Position numbers and translations under genes: made by a program. From Acidobacteriota bacterium (lineage in GTDB: Bacteria; Acidobacteriota; UBA4820; DSQY01), in contig JBMFSH010000054.1 in the NCBI GenBank assembly GCA_049967655.1, forward strand, positions 1 to 14,066: a stretch of DNA of 14,066 nucleotides, in the 5' to 3' direction. The notes under the pieces are model-generated. The model saw only the letters and a list, made by a program, of their open reading frames with translations. It did not search any database and was not told the DNA's origin. Below, piece after piece: positions 14,066-14,066 of the stretch (position 1 is the stretch's first letter; the number at the start of each line of letters is the position of its first letter).

Positions 14066-14066
14066 C

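Overview
GC-rich DNA from a diderm bacterium, in two convergent blocks. Left (+ strand): the 3' part of a large PilY1/PilC-type type IV pilus adhesin gene (vWA-like region plus C-terminal PilY1 domain). It is followed by two GTAG-headed REP-like palindromes around a perfect UUCG-loop hairpin. Right (- strand, read from ~13760 down to 3868): a tightly coupled operon of ECF sigma factor, zf-HC2 anti-sigma, Spy/CpxP/CnrX-like periplasmic protein, TolC-family channel, MacA-like adaptor, stand-alone MacB/LolD-type ATPase, two different MacB/FtsX-type permeases, an exported hypothetical protein and an MFS transporter. A zinc-ribbon/GYF-like/B-box-like gene follows separately. The most striking feature lies between the two permeases. 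A lower-GC four-helix-bundle (23S rRNA IVS protein family) gene is bracketed by inverted arrays of a 7-nt repeat (GRGTGGA / TCCACYC). The arrays supply the upstream stop codon and the gene's own SD and start base, and could fold into a ~27-bp mRNA stem that loops the gene out. All assignments come from reading the sequence and recognising motifs; no searches were run.
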